Source of the DNA: Chlamydiae bacterium RIFCSPHIGHO2_12_FULL_49_11
GTDB taxonomy: Bacteria > Chlamydiota > Chlamydiia > Chlamydiales > 2-12-FULL-49-11
Direction of reading: 5' to 3'
DNA length: 11,912 bases
Assembly (NCBI GenBank): GCA_001794905.1
Contig: MGLW01000019.1
Location: forward strand, 5,204 to 17,115
Position 1 is the first letter of the stretch. The number at the start of each line of letters is the position of its first letter. A program made the translations under genes and the position numbers. This document shows positions 1-6,703 of the stretch, one piece after another. Below the pieces are notes generated by a model that saw only the letters and a program-made list of their open reading frames with translations, was not told the origin of the DNA and did no database searches.

Positions 1-861
1 GGGCTCTGCAAACGCCTCGAAAAAAGTTGTGATTGCAAAAGATTGAAGGGCCTCTCTCGGAATGGACGTAAAGCGGCACACCGGATTGATATATTGAACC
101 CCACCCACATAAGAAATATCGTGATACGTCTCTGCACCTTCTCCCGTATTGATCACATCCAATGTGAATATCCCTTCAAGATTACGGGAAAAACGGAGAA
201 ACATGGCATGACCACCGCTCTCTGCAGCATATCCCCAAGGGAGCAGGAGAGTCTCACCGCGCTTCAAGGCAAGGATACTTTGTTGTACCAGCTGTGCCAG
301 AGTCCTGAATTCTTGCTGCAATTGAGGGGCAGGAATTGATTTTAATCTATCTATTCTCCATTTCCACCTTAGCATGCCGGCAATCTCTTTTCGTACGGGT
401 TCCCATTTTTCCTGCAAAAGACCCTCATGTGAGGAAATCATTTCTTCGATCGTATTCCCTATTACCTCCAAGTCTCCTCCCTCAACACCGGCAATTCCGC
501 TTATCCAATCGTCCCCAAGCAGGTTGGCATAGGCTTTAAGGGGGATTTTCGATGATGCCGGAGCCGGGGTTTGCAGGGAACGGTCCGATCGTGAGGGAGT
601 AATTCGCAGTATCAACCGGGTCAAAACCGCATCTCTACCAAAGGGGTCCAATTTCTTGACAATCTTGCGAAGGGCCTTAATGTCTGCCCTGCAAATATTC
701 TCCGCATTGTTCTCCAGAAAATTCGCAAATATCTGACTAATAGATATTTCCATATTACTCAAGGAGCGGATCACCTCTTCGAGTTCAGGCCTGTCCAGGT
801 GGGCCCAAATATAGATGTTTTGACGGAACCGATCAGGCTCAAGAGGAGAGGACGTCGCCAT
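1..861 (-). CDS. Hypothetical protein (N-terminal 287 aa; runs off the left edge) with a papain-like cysteine-protease His/Asn motif; candidate secreted effector
   Basis: Not in the ORF track. Manual translation from ATG 861-859 gives 287 stop-free codons to base 1: MATSSPLEPDRFRQNIYIWAHLD...LALKRGETLLLPWGYAAESGGHAMFLRFSRNLEGIFTLDVINTGEGAETYHDISYVGG...FEAFAEP. The ORF is seen directly; the function is inferred from GH218AM...N238TGEG. Confidence 0.85.
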   Translation of the reverse strand, partial: MATSSPLEPDRFRQNIYIWAHLDRPELEEVIRSLSNMEISISQIFANFLENNAENICRADIKALRKIVKKLDPFGRDAVLTRLILRITPSRSDRSLQTPAPASSKIPLKAYANLLGDDWISGIAGVEGGDLEVIGNTIEEMISSHEGLLQEKWEPVRKEIAGMLRWKWRIDRLKSIPAPQLQQEFRTLAQLVQQSILALKRGETLLLPWGYAAESGGHAMFLRFSRNLEGIFTLDVINTGEGAETYHDISYVGGVQYINPVCRFTSIPREALQSFAITTFFEAFAEP

Positions 862-1020
862 ATCTATAGCTATGCCAATCAACCGAAATAAACTAAACAA
901 AAAACTATTATTAATTATTGTAATAACTGTCTGATAATTAGTAATATAATTATATTTGATTTTAATTATGCAAATATGATAAATTAATTATGTAAACAAT
1001 AATTATAATAGGTAAATATT
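862..1020. promoter_or_regulatory. AT-rich divergent promoter region
   Basis: 17 G/C in the 130 nt of 891-1020 (~13%), against roughly 50% elsewhere. It lies between two divergent starts. TATAAT occurs at 945-950 and 1004-1009 (+) and at 949-954 and 1002-1007 (-). AGGT at 1010-1013 is a weak RBS for ATG 1021. The exact promoters cannot be resolved. Confidence 0.7.
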
Positions 1021-1944
1021 ATGGTTCCGGCAATTATCCAACTAAGGCACGCGGCAGCGTCCACCTCGGCTTATATTTCACAACTTGTAGATAACCAAGG
1101 AATTGCAGATAACATGAGCGGGCTGGTGGAAACGTTTCTTCATGACATCAAGGCCCCTGCTTCATCTGCAGCTAGATCCAGTATCCTCAACCCTTTAAAA
1201 AAAATGTTTGAAATGCGGGCCATGAGCGCCGCTGAAACGGGAAAAGCAGCAAGCGGTCTTGCCTTCCTCTCAACAATCCTAAAAGATCCCCGTACCGGCC
1301 AAAGTTCCCGGATCGTGTTTGCCGTAGAAATAACCAAAGGACTGGCCTTCATCCCGCCTGTCCGCCGTATTTCCGAAAAGATGACACGTGTCGTCAAAGG
1401 CAAAATGGGACCTGTCGATTCCACACCAAAAAGGCTCCTTGCGGCAGCCGCTACCGGTCTTTCTGCAGGGGCTTCGTTCGCCGCCTTTGAAACGGCCGCC
1501 ACTCCAATCTCCAGCACCGTTTCTATCATGAATGGGCAAAACCTCTCCTTGAAAGAAGCGCTTGCGCGCGTAAAAGCAGCTCCTTTCAGAGGCGCTGTAG
1601 CCAACTTTACCGGCAGCCTCCTTTTCATTGGCCCCCTCTACGTCGGCATTGCCGCGTTTTACGACCCCGAAGCTTCCCTTGCCGAAAGATTCGTAACGGG
1701 ATCGACCGTTACGGCAGCATGCACCTTGGTAAACCAACCCATGAGCGTAATCCGTCTAGAACAGCTCCGTATGAATACAAAAGAGGGAGTGGTCGCCACG
1801 GCCAAAAAAATCATCGGAGAAAAAGGCTTCCTAACACTCTTCAAGACCGGTTTGAATCCAAACCTCGTTCGGGGTACCATCACATCGCTTTTCATGATCC
1901 CCTTCTACGACATGGTCGCCAATGCCGCAAAAGCTAGCCAATAA
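1021..1944 (+). CDS. Mitochondrial carrier (SLC25/MCF)-like membrane protein, degenerate; candidate effector
   Basis: 307 aa, a typical carrier size. Three small-residue-rich helices end in Pro: LNP58LKKMF, ATP162ISSTV, NQP240MSVIR. Each is followed by a carrier second-half-like motif: PRTG, PFRG, IIGEKGFLTLFKTGLNPNLVR, with FYD near the C-terminus. Repeat 3 is convincing and repeat 1 is weak. Confidence 0.7.
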   Translation: MVPAIIQLRHAAASTSAYISQLVDNQGIADNMSGLVETFLHDIKAPASSAARSSILNPLKKMFEMRAMSAAETGKAASGLAFLSTILKDPRTGQSSRIVFAVEITKGLAFIPPVRRISEKMTRVVKGKMGPVDSTPKRLLAAAATGLSAGASFAAFETAATPISSTVSIMNGQNLSLKEALARVKAAPFRGAVANFTGSLLFIGPLYVGIAAFYDPEASLAERFVTGSTVTAACTLVNQPMSVIRLEQLRMNTKEGVVATAKKIIGEKGFLTLFKTGLNPNLVRGTITSLFMIPFYDMVANAAKASQ

Positions 1945-1963
1945 ATTCCCCCCCCGATAAAAT
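1935..1963 (+). promoter_or_regulatory. Candidate sigma70/sigma66-type promoter of recD2
   Basis: TAGCCA (1935-1940) - 17 nt - TAAAAT (1958-1963), ending 8 nt before ATG 1972. No Shine-Dalgarno sequence precedes recD2. Confidence 0.4.
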
Positions 1964-1971
1964 CTTCCTTC

Positions 1972-4131
1972 ATGGAAGAACACATCTCCGGCACGATTGA
2001 CACGATTACATTTTACAGCCCTGATAGCCACTTTACCGTCGCGAAGCTCGTAAAAAAGCAGCGGAGCGAAGATATCGTCATCGTGGGGCAGCTCCCTAAT
2101 GTGCAGCCCGGTGAAGTGATCGAAGCCACCGGACGGTGGAAACACCACCCTTCCTACGGCCGCCAGTTCGAAGTCGAAAATTTTCGGCTTGCCATTCCAC
2201 AAGATGTGATCGGCATTGAGAAATACCTGGAATCGGGAGCGATCCGCGGTATCGGTGCAGTTTTTGCCAAAAAGATCGTGGAAAGGTTCGGAACTGAAAC
2301 GATCCGCATCATCGATTCTAACCCGGAAAAACTTCGCGAAGTGGAAGGGATCGGCCCCAAAAAGATCGAATCGATCAAAGCCCATTGGGGCGAGCAGAAA
2401 GAGATGCGCGACATCCTCATTTTCCTCCGTGCAAAAAATATCGGTGCCGCTTTGGCAAGAAAGATCTGGAAACGGTACGGAGAAAAGACCCTCGAAGTAA
2501 TCCGGAATAACCCGTACAGCCTTGCTACAGAAGTTCAGGGGATTGGGTTTAAGACGGCAGACAAGATCGGTCATGAACTCGGCATTGCCGTAGATTCCCC
2601 CGTGCGCATCAGGGCGGGCATCGAATTTGTCCTCATCAGCCTTTCCGAAATGGGGCACACGACATATCCGGAAAATGGGCTCATCGAACATGCAGCCAAA
2701 ATCCTCGAGGTGGACCTTGCGCCGATCCAGGAAAATTTGATGCACCTATGTGATGCGGGAACTATCCACCGCGAAGAACTCGTAAAGGACGGCGAGAGCG
2801 GCGTATGGATCTCCTCTCTTCTCCTCCACAATACGGAAAATGCCATCTGCAAATATCTCGATACCCTTCTCTCCCACCGGTGCGTGCTGCGCACAGTCCA
2901 TGTCAGCGAGGCGATCAAATGGGTCGAAGAGAAAACCCACATTCGCCTTGCTCCCGAGCAGCAAAAAGCGATCGAACTCAGTTTGACGGAAAAACTTCTC
3001 ATCCTCACGGGGGGCCCGGGCACGGGAAAGAGCACGATCACAAAAGCCATCGTGCGCATCCATGAAAAGCTGACCAAAAAAATCGTGCTGGCCGCCCCTA
3101 CCGGACGGGCAGCAAAGAGAATGAGTGAAATTTGCAGGCGCCATGCACGCACAATCCACAGCCTTCTCGAAATGGATTTCGGCACGATGCGGTTCAAAAG
3201 GGATGAAAAAAACCCTCTCGATGCCGATCTGGTCATTGTAGACGAGGTGTCCATGGTCGATACATACCTCATGCTCTCCCTTCTCAAGGCGATTCCGAAA
3301 GCGGCGCGCCTTATCCTGATCGGCGATGTAGACCAGCTTCCCAGTGTCGGTCCCGGAAGTGTATTCAAAGACCTGATTGATTCGAAGCGCATTGTCACCG
3401 TCCGCCTCTACACCATTTTCCGTCAGAAAAAAGGCTCCAACATTATTCAGAGCGCGCATGCCGTCAACAGAGGGCAAATGCCCGACCTTTCCCCAAGTAG
3501 TGAAAGCGACTTCATTTTCATCGAGCAAACCGACCCCTCCCTCATCTTGCAAGAGATCCTTACCCTGGTGCAAGAAACTGTGCCAAAGCAGAATGGGCTG
3601 GATTCCTTGAGAGACATACAAGTGCTCTCTCCCATGCGGAAAGGGATCATCGGCATCGACAATCTCAATATGGAGCTGCAAAACCGCCTCAATCCGGCAG
3701 GGCTTGAGCTTACCTGGACGGGACGGCGCTTTCGGGAAAACGATAAAGTGATGCAAATCCGCAACGACTATCAAAAAATGGTCTTCAACGGCGATATTGG
3801 GACCATTGCTTCCATTGATTTTGACATGCAAATCATCATTGTCCGGTTTGATGAACAGGATGTGGCTTATGAATTTCATGAACTCGATGAACTCACCCTA
3901 GCCTACGCCGCCTCCATCCACAAATACCAAGGCAGCCAGGCGCCGTGCATCATCATTCCGGTGCACACCTCCCATTTCAAGCTGCTCCAGAAAAACCTCG
4001 TGTATACGGGCATCACGCGTGGACAAAAGCTCGTCGTCCTCATCGGCACCAAAAAAGCGCTCGCATGTGCCATCCATAACACGGAAGCACAAAACCGCTA
4101 CACCGGCCTCCTCCACCTATTAACGAATTAG
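1972..4131 (+). CDS. recD2: ATP-dependent RecD2-type SF1B DNA helicase
   Basis: 719 aa. The N-terminal extension has HPSYGRQF and HhH motifs (IRGIG, VEGIG, VQGIGF). Walker A GGPGTGKS, then AAPTGRAAKR, TIHSLL, Walker B DEVSM, GDVDQLPSV, IFRQ, AYAASIHKYQGSQ and YTGITRG. Confidence 0.96.
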   Translation: MEEHISGTIDTITFYSPDSHFTVAKLVKKQRSEDIVIVGQLPNVQPGEVIEATGRWKHHPSYGRQFEVENFRLAIPQDVIGIEKYLESGAIRGIGAVFAKKIVERFGTETIRIIDSNPEKLREVEGIGPKKIESIKAHWGEQKEMRDILIFLRAKNIGAALARKIWKRYGEKTLEVIRNNPYSLATEVQGIGFKTADKIGHELGIAVDSPVRIRAGIEFVLISLSEMGHTTYPENGLIEHAAKILEVDLAPIQENLMHLCDAGTIHREELVKDGESGVWISSLLLHNTENAICKYLDTLLSHRCVLRTVHVSEAIKWVEEKTHIRLAPEQQKAIELSLTEKLLILTGGPGTGKSTITKAIVRIHEKLTKKIVLAAPTGRAAKRMSEICRRHARTIHSLLEMDFGTMRFKRDEKNPLDADLVIVDEVSMVDTYLMLSLLKAIPKAARLILIGDVDQLPSVGPGSVFKDLIDSKRIVTVRLYTIFRQKKGSNIIQSAHAVNRGQMPDLSPSSESDFIFIEQTDPSLILQEILTLVQETVPKQNGLDSLRDIQVLSPMRKGIIGIDNLNMELQNRLNPAGLELTWTGRRFRENDKVMQIRNDYQKMVFNGDIGTIASIDFDMQIIIVRFDEQDVAYEFHELDELTLAYAASIHKYQGSQAPCIIIPVHTSHFKLLQKNLVYTGITRGQKLVVLIGTKKALACAIHNTEAQNRYTGLLHLLTN

Positions 4132-4145
4132 GGCGTGTCATCAAT
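4131..4145. mobile_element. Possible orphan IS5-family terminal inverted repeat
   Basis: (TTA)GGGCGTGTCATCAAT resembles IS5-family ends as I recall them. There is no partner end or transposase in the window. Confidence 0.3.
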
Positions 4146-4174
4146 AGACTTCTTTCAAAACTAAAAGGGGATTA

Positions 4175-4245
4175 AACACAAAGGCACGAAGAAATTTAAA
4201 TGATTTGATGTGAAATCTCATCTTCGCTCTTTGCGTCTTTGTGTT
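4175..4245. repeat. Imperfect inverted repeat (REP-like hairpin) between convergent recD2 and metG; possible bidirectional terminator
   Basis: AACACAAAGGCACGAAG (4175-4191) pairs with CTTTGCGTCTTTGTGTT (4229-4245): 14 Watson-Crick pairs, 2 G-U pairs and 1 mismatch, with a 37-nt loop. Confidence 0.7.
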
Positions 4246-4255
4246 GCATTTGAGG

Positions 4256-5932
4256 CTATCTGGGCAGGGTCAGCTTCCAACGGTTCAGGAGGGCGGGGTC
4301 AATTTTAGCAAACAAGGGGTGCGGGGCGGGAAGAGAAGTGTTCGGAATGAGTCCGTCTTTGATGAGCTCGTCAAAATTGCCGCTATCTAACGAAGTGGTG
4401 AAGCCCAAAAATTGCCACAGCCTTTGCATCGCATCGGGAACGACGGGAAAAGCAACCACGGCCAAGTTTTTGATGAGGGTAAGGAGGACGTAAAAAATCG
4501 TCTCCAGTTCCAGACGTTTTTCTTTGTCTTTGTTGAGCTTCCACGGTGCCTTCTTGTCAAAATAGGCGTTGCCCAGGCTGCACAGGTCAAGGATCGCAGC
4601 GATCGCTTTCCGGTTCTTGTTTTCGCCATATGCTATATCGATCGCATGCACGGCAACCTCCATCGCAGCGAGAAGCGCCTCATCGTCTTCGGTATAGGCC
4701 GAAGGCTCCGGAATGCGGCCTTCCAAGAATTCGCGAAGAAAGTGAAGGGTCCTGTGCACCAAATTGCCGAACTTGCCGACAAGATCACCGTTGCACTTTT
4801 GGAAAAAGTCGTCGAAAGTAAATTCGGCATCTTGCGTTTCGGGACTATTGGCAAGAAGAGCAAAACGGATCGAATCGGAAGAAAAATCTTTCAAGAACGC
4901 TTCGAGATCGATATACCAGCCTGAGCTTTTACTGAACTGTTTTTTTTCCAGATTGAGAAATTCACTTGCTACAATCGTATCCACCTGTTTGTAGGGAATG
5001 TTTTGCCCCATAACCATCGCAGGAAAAAAGAGAGCGTGAAAAACGATATTATCTTTCCCGATAAACTGGGTGTAGCGCACCCCGGGGTCAAGCCAAAATT
5101 TCTCCCATAGTGACGGATTTTGCATTTTTTCCGCCCACTCTTTCGTGATCGAAATGTAGCCGATCGGGGCATCAAACCACACATAGAGTACTTTGCCTTC
5201 CGCATCTGCAAGAGGAATCGGAACGCCCCACTTCAGATCGCGCGAAATGGCCCTTTCATGCAGATCTTCAATATAGGGCAGCACAAAATGGGTCACGTTC
5301 GACTTCCATTCTTTGTGTTTGACAAACTCGACAAGGCGCTGCTTAAACTTTTCGAGCTGCAGAAACCAGTGCCTCGTCTCTTTCAATACAAGAGGCGTCT
5401 TTGTCAACTTAGACCTCGGGTTTTTGAGATCTTTCGCTTCATAATTGGCCGCACAGCGAGGACACTCATCGCCTCGCGCCTCATCAAATCCGCATTTCGG
5501 GCAAATTCCCTCGACATAACGGTCGGCAAGAAATCGTCCCTCAACCTCACTGTAAAGTTCAGGGACGGTTTTTTCCTCGATGTAACCGTTCTTGTACAAA
5601 TCGAGAAAAAATTGGTCTACACAGGGTTTGTGGTGAGGCCCCGTCGTTCGCCCGTAGTAATCGAACGAAATTTGCATTTTTTGCATGAGCGCTTCATTGA
5701 TCGCATGGTAATGATCGACTTGCTCCGCGGGTGAGCGCTTTTCCAGTTCAGCCGAGAGCGTGATCGCAATCCCGTACTCGTCCGAACCGCTGATGAAAAG
5801 AACTTCTTTTTGTTTCATCCTGAGATAGCGTGCGTACATATCGGCAGGAAGGTAAGCCCCCGCCAAATGTCCGAAATGCACTTTCCCATTCGCATAGAGC
5901 AGCGCCGAAGTGATCAAAAATGTATCAGGCAT
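4256..5932 (-). CDS. metG: Methionine--tRNA ligase (short form without the C-terminal tRNA-binding domain)
   Basis: ITSALLYANG, HIGH-like HFGH, GSDEYG, zinc knuckle CPKC...CPRC, YVWFDAPIGY, GKDNIVFH and KMSKS-like QFSKS; 558 aa. Confidence 0.97.
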   Translation of the reverse strand: MPDTFLITSALLYANGKVHFGHLAGAYLPADMYARYLRMKQKEVLFISGSDEYGIAITLSAELEKRSPAEQVDHYHAINEALMQKMQISFDYYGRTTGPHHKPCVDQFFLDLYKNGYIEEKTVPELYSEVEGRFLADRYVEGICPKCGFDEARGDECPRCAANYEAKDLKNPRSKLTKTPLVLKETRHWFLQLEKFKQRLVEFVKHKEWKSNVTHFVLPYIEDLHERAISRDLKWGVPIPLADAEGKVLYVWFDAPIGYISITKEWAEKMQNPSLWEKFWLDPGVRYTQFIGKDNIVFHALFFPAMVMGQNIPYKQVDTIVASEFLNLEKKQFSKSSGWYIDLEAFLKDFSSDSIRFALLANSPETQDAEFTFDDFFQKCNGDLVGKFGNLVHRTLHFLREFLEGRIPEPSAYTEDDEALLAAMEVAVHAIDIAYGENKNRKAIAAILDLCSLGNAYFDKKAPWKLNKDKEKRLELETIFYVLLTLIKNLAVVAFPVVPDAMQRLWQFLGFTTSLDSGNFDELIKDGLIPNTSLPAPHPLFAKIDPALLNRWKLTLPR

Positions 5933-5945
5933 GGTCCAATTTGCT

Positions 5946-6116
5946 CTATTTCAGAGATGTGACTTTTTCGAGTATCGAATACAAATCACATTGCCTGCCC
6001 GCTCGTATCTCTTGCACCGCCTCATGAATGGCCGCTAGCGCAAAGGCAAAAGGGTCGTCATACCCTGCTCTCATTTTCTCGCTCGTATAGTTTTGCATGA
6101 TTTCTTTTTTTTTCAT
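5946..6116 (-). CDS. rpoZ: Chlamydial-type RNA polymerase omega subunit (CT031-like), 56 aa
   Basis: It lies immediately downstream of gmk (the classic gmk-rpoZ linkage). TSEKMRAGYDDPFAFALAAIHEA..I.AG resembles the chlamydial T.E.L...FD.PF.L...I..A...I..G pattern. ATG 6116 overlaps the gmk stop (ATGA) and has AAGGA upstream, so it is preferred over the track start at 6134. Confidence 0.7.
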   Translation of the reverse strand: MKKKEIMQNYTSEKMRAGYDDPFAFALAAIHEAVQEIRAGRQCDLYSILEKVTSLK

Positions 6117-6703
6117 CTTTTTTCCTTTAACCATGGGCCGATCACCTGTTCCACAGCTTGTGCCGCTTCCTCGACTTCATTTACGACAATGACTATATCA
6201 TAAAGCTCTTTTTGACCGAGCTCAAATTTTGCCTCCTTGAACCGGACGCAGATTTCCGCCTCATCATCGGTTCCCCGCCCTCTCAGACGGGCCAAAAGTA
6301 CTTCGGAGGAGGGGGGAACCAAAAAAATCCCTATCACATTTCCTCTTTTCCGCTTGATATTTTTAAATCCTTCTATATCAACTACAAGCAGTGGCGTTTT
6401 TCCTTGCTGAATGACTTTGTCCACCTCTTCTTGGAGAGTGCCGTATTCGTATCCATACGCTTTCGAAGTTTCGAGAAAGGCCCCCGCCTTCTGTTTTGCC
6501 CGGAAATTTTTTTCCGAAAGGAAAATATAGTCGACCCCGTCCCGTTCATTTTCGCGGGAAGGACGCGTTGTGCAGGTAACCACTTTAGAAACCGGAAGGA
6601 GCGTCGTCTCTACAAGCCAGTTCACCACGCTCGTCTTTCCGGTCCCGGAAGGCGCGGAAATGACAATCACGAGTGGGTCATTCAATGTTGCAAACTTGTT
6701 CAC
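6113..6703 (-). CDS. gmk: Guanylate kinase
   Basis: P-loop SAPSGTGKT, then TTRPSRENERDGVDYIF, YGYEYGT and RLRGRGTD. The real start is probably GTG 6703 (alternative TTG 6685). The track start at 7057 lies deep inside yicC. Confidence 0.95.
   Translation of the reverse strand: MNKFATLNDPLVIVISAPSGTGKTSVVNWLVETTLLPVSKVVTCTTRPSRENERDGVDYIFLSEKNFRAKQKAGAFLETSKAYGYEYGTLQEEVDKVIQQGKTPLLVVDIEGFKNIKRKRGNVIGIFLVPPSSEVLLARLRGRGTDDEAEICVRFKEAKFELGQKELYDIVIVVNEVEEAAQAVEQVIGPWLKEKR

Noticed and set aside
43-539. Plus-strand ORFs 43-339 and 336-539
   Set aside because: Antisense shadows of the longer, motif-bearing minus-strand ORF 861 to <1.
968-975. ATGCAAAT, identical to the eukaryotic octamer motif
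   Set aside because: Likely chance in ~13% GC DNA, and there is no reason for a role in a bacterial chromosome.
1021-1944. Eukaryotic contamination or chimeric assembly as the source of the carrier-like gene
   Set aside because: The gene is intronless, only 27 nt from recD2, and similar in composition to its neighbours. Read mapping is needed to exclude this fully.
1831-3879. Long antisense ORFs 1831-2745, 2746-3879 and 2571-3398
   Set aside because: They lie opposite the unambiguous recD2 and have no recognisable motifs. The first two are the codon-aligned antisense frame, open because TTA/CTA/TCA codons are rare in recD2.
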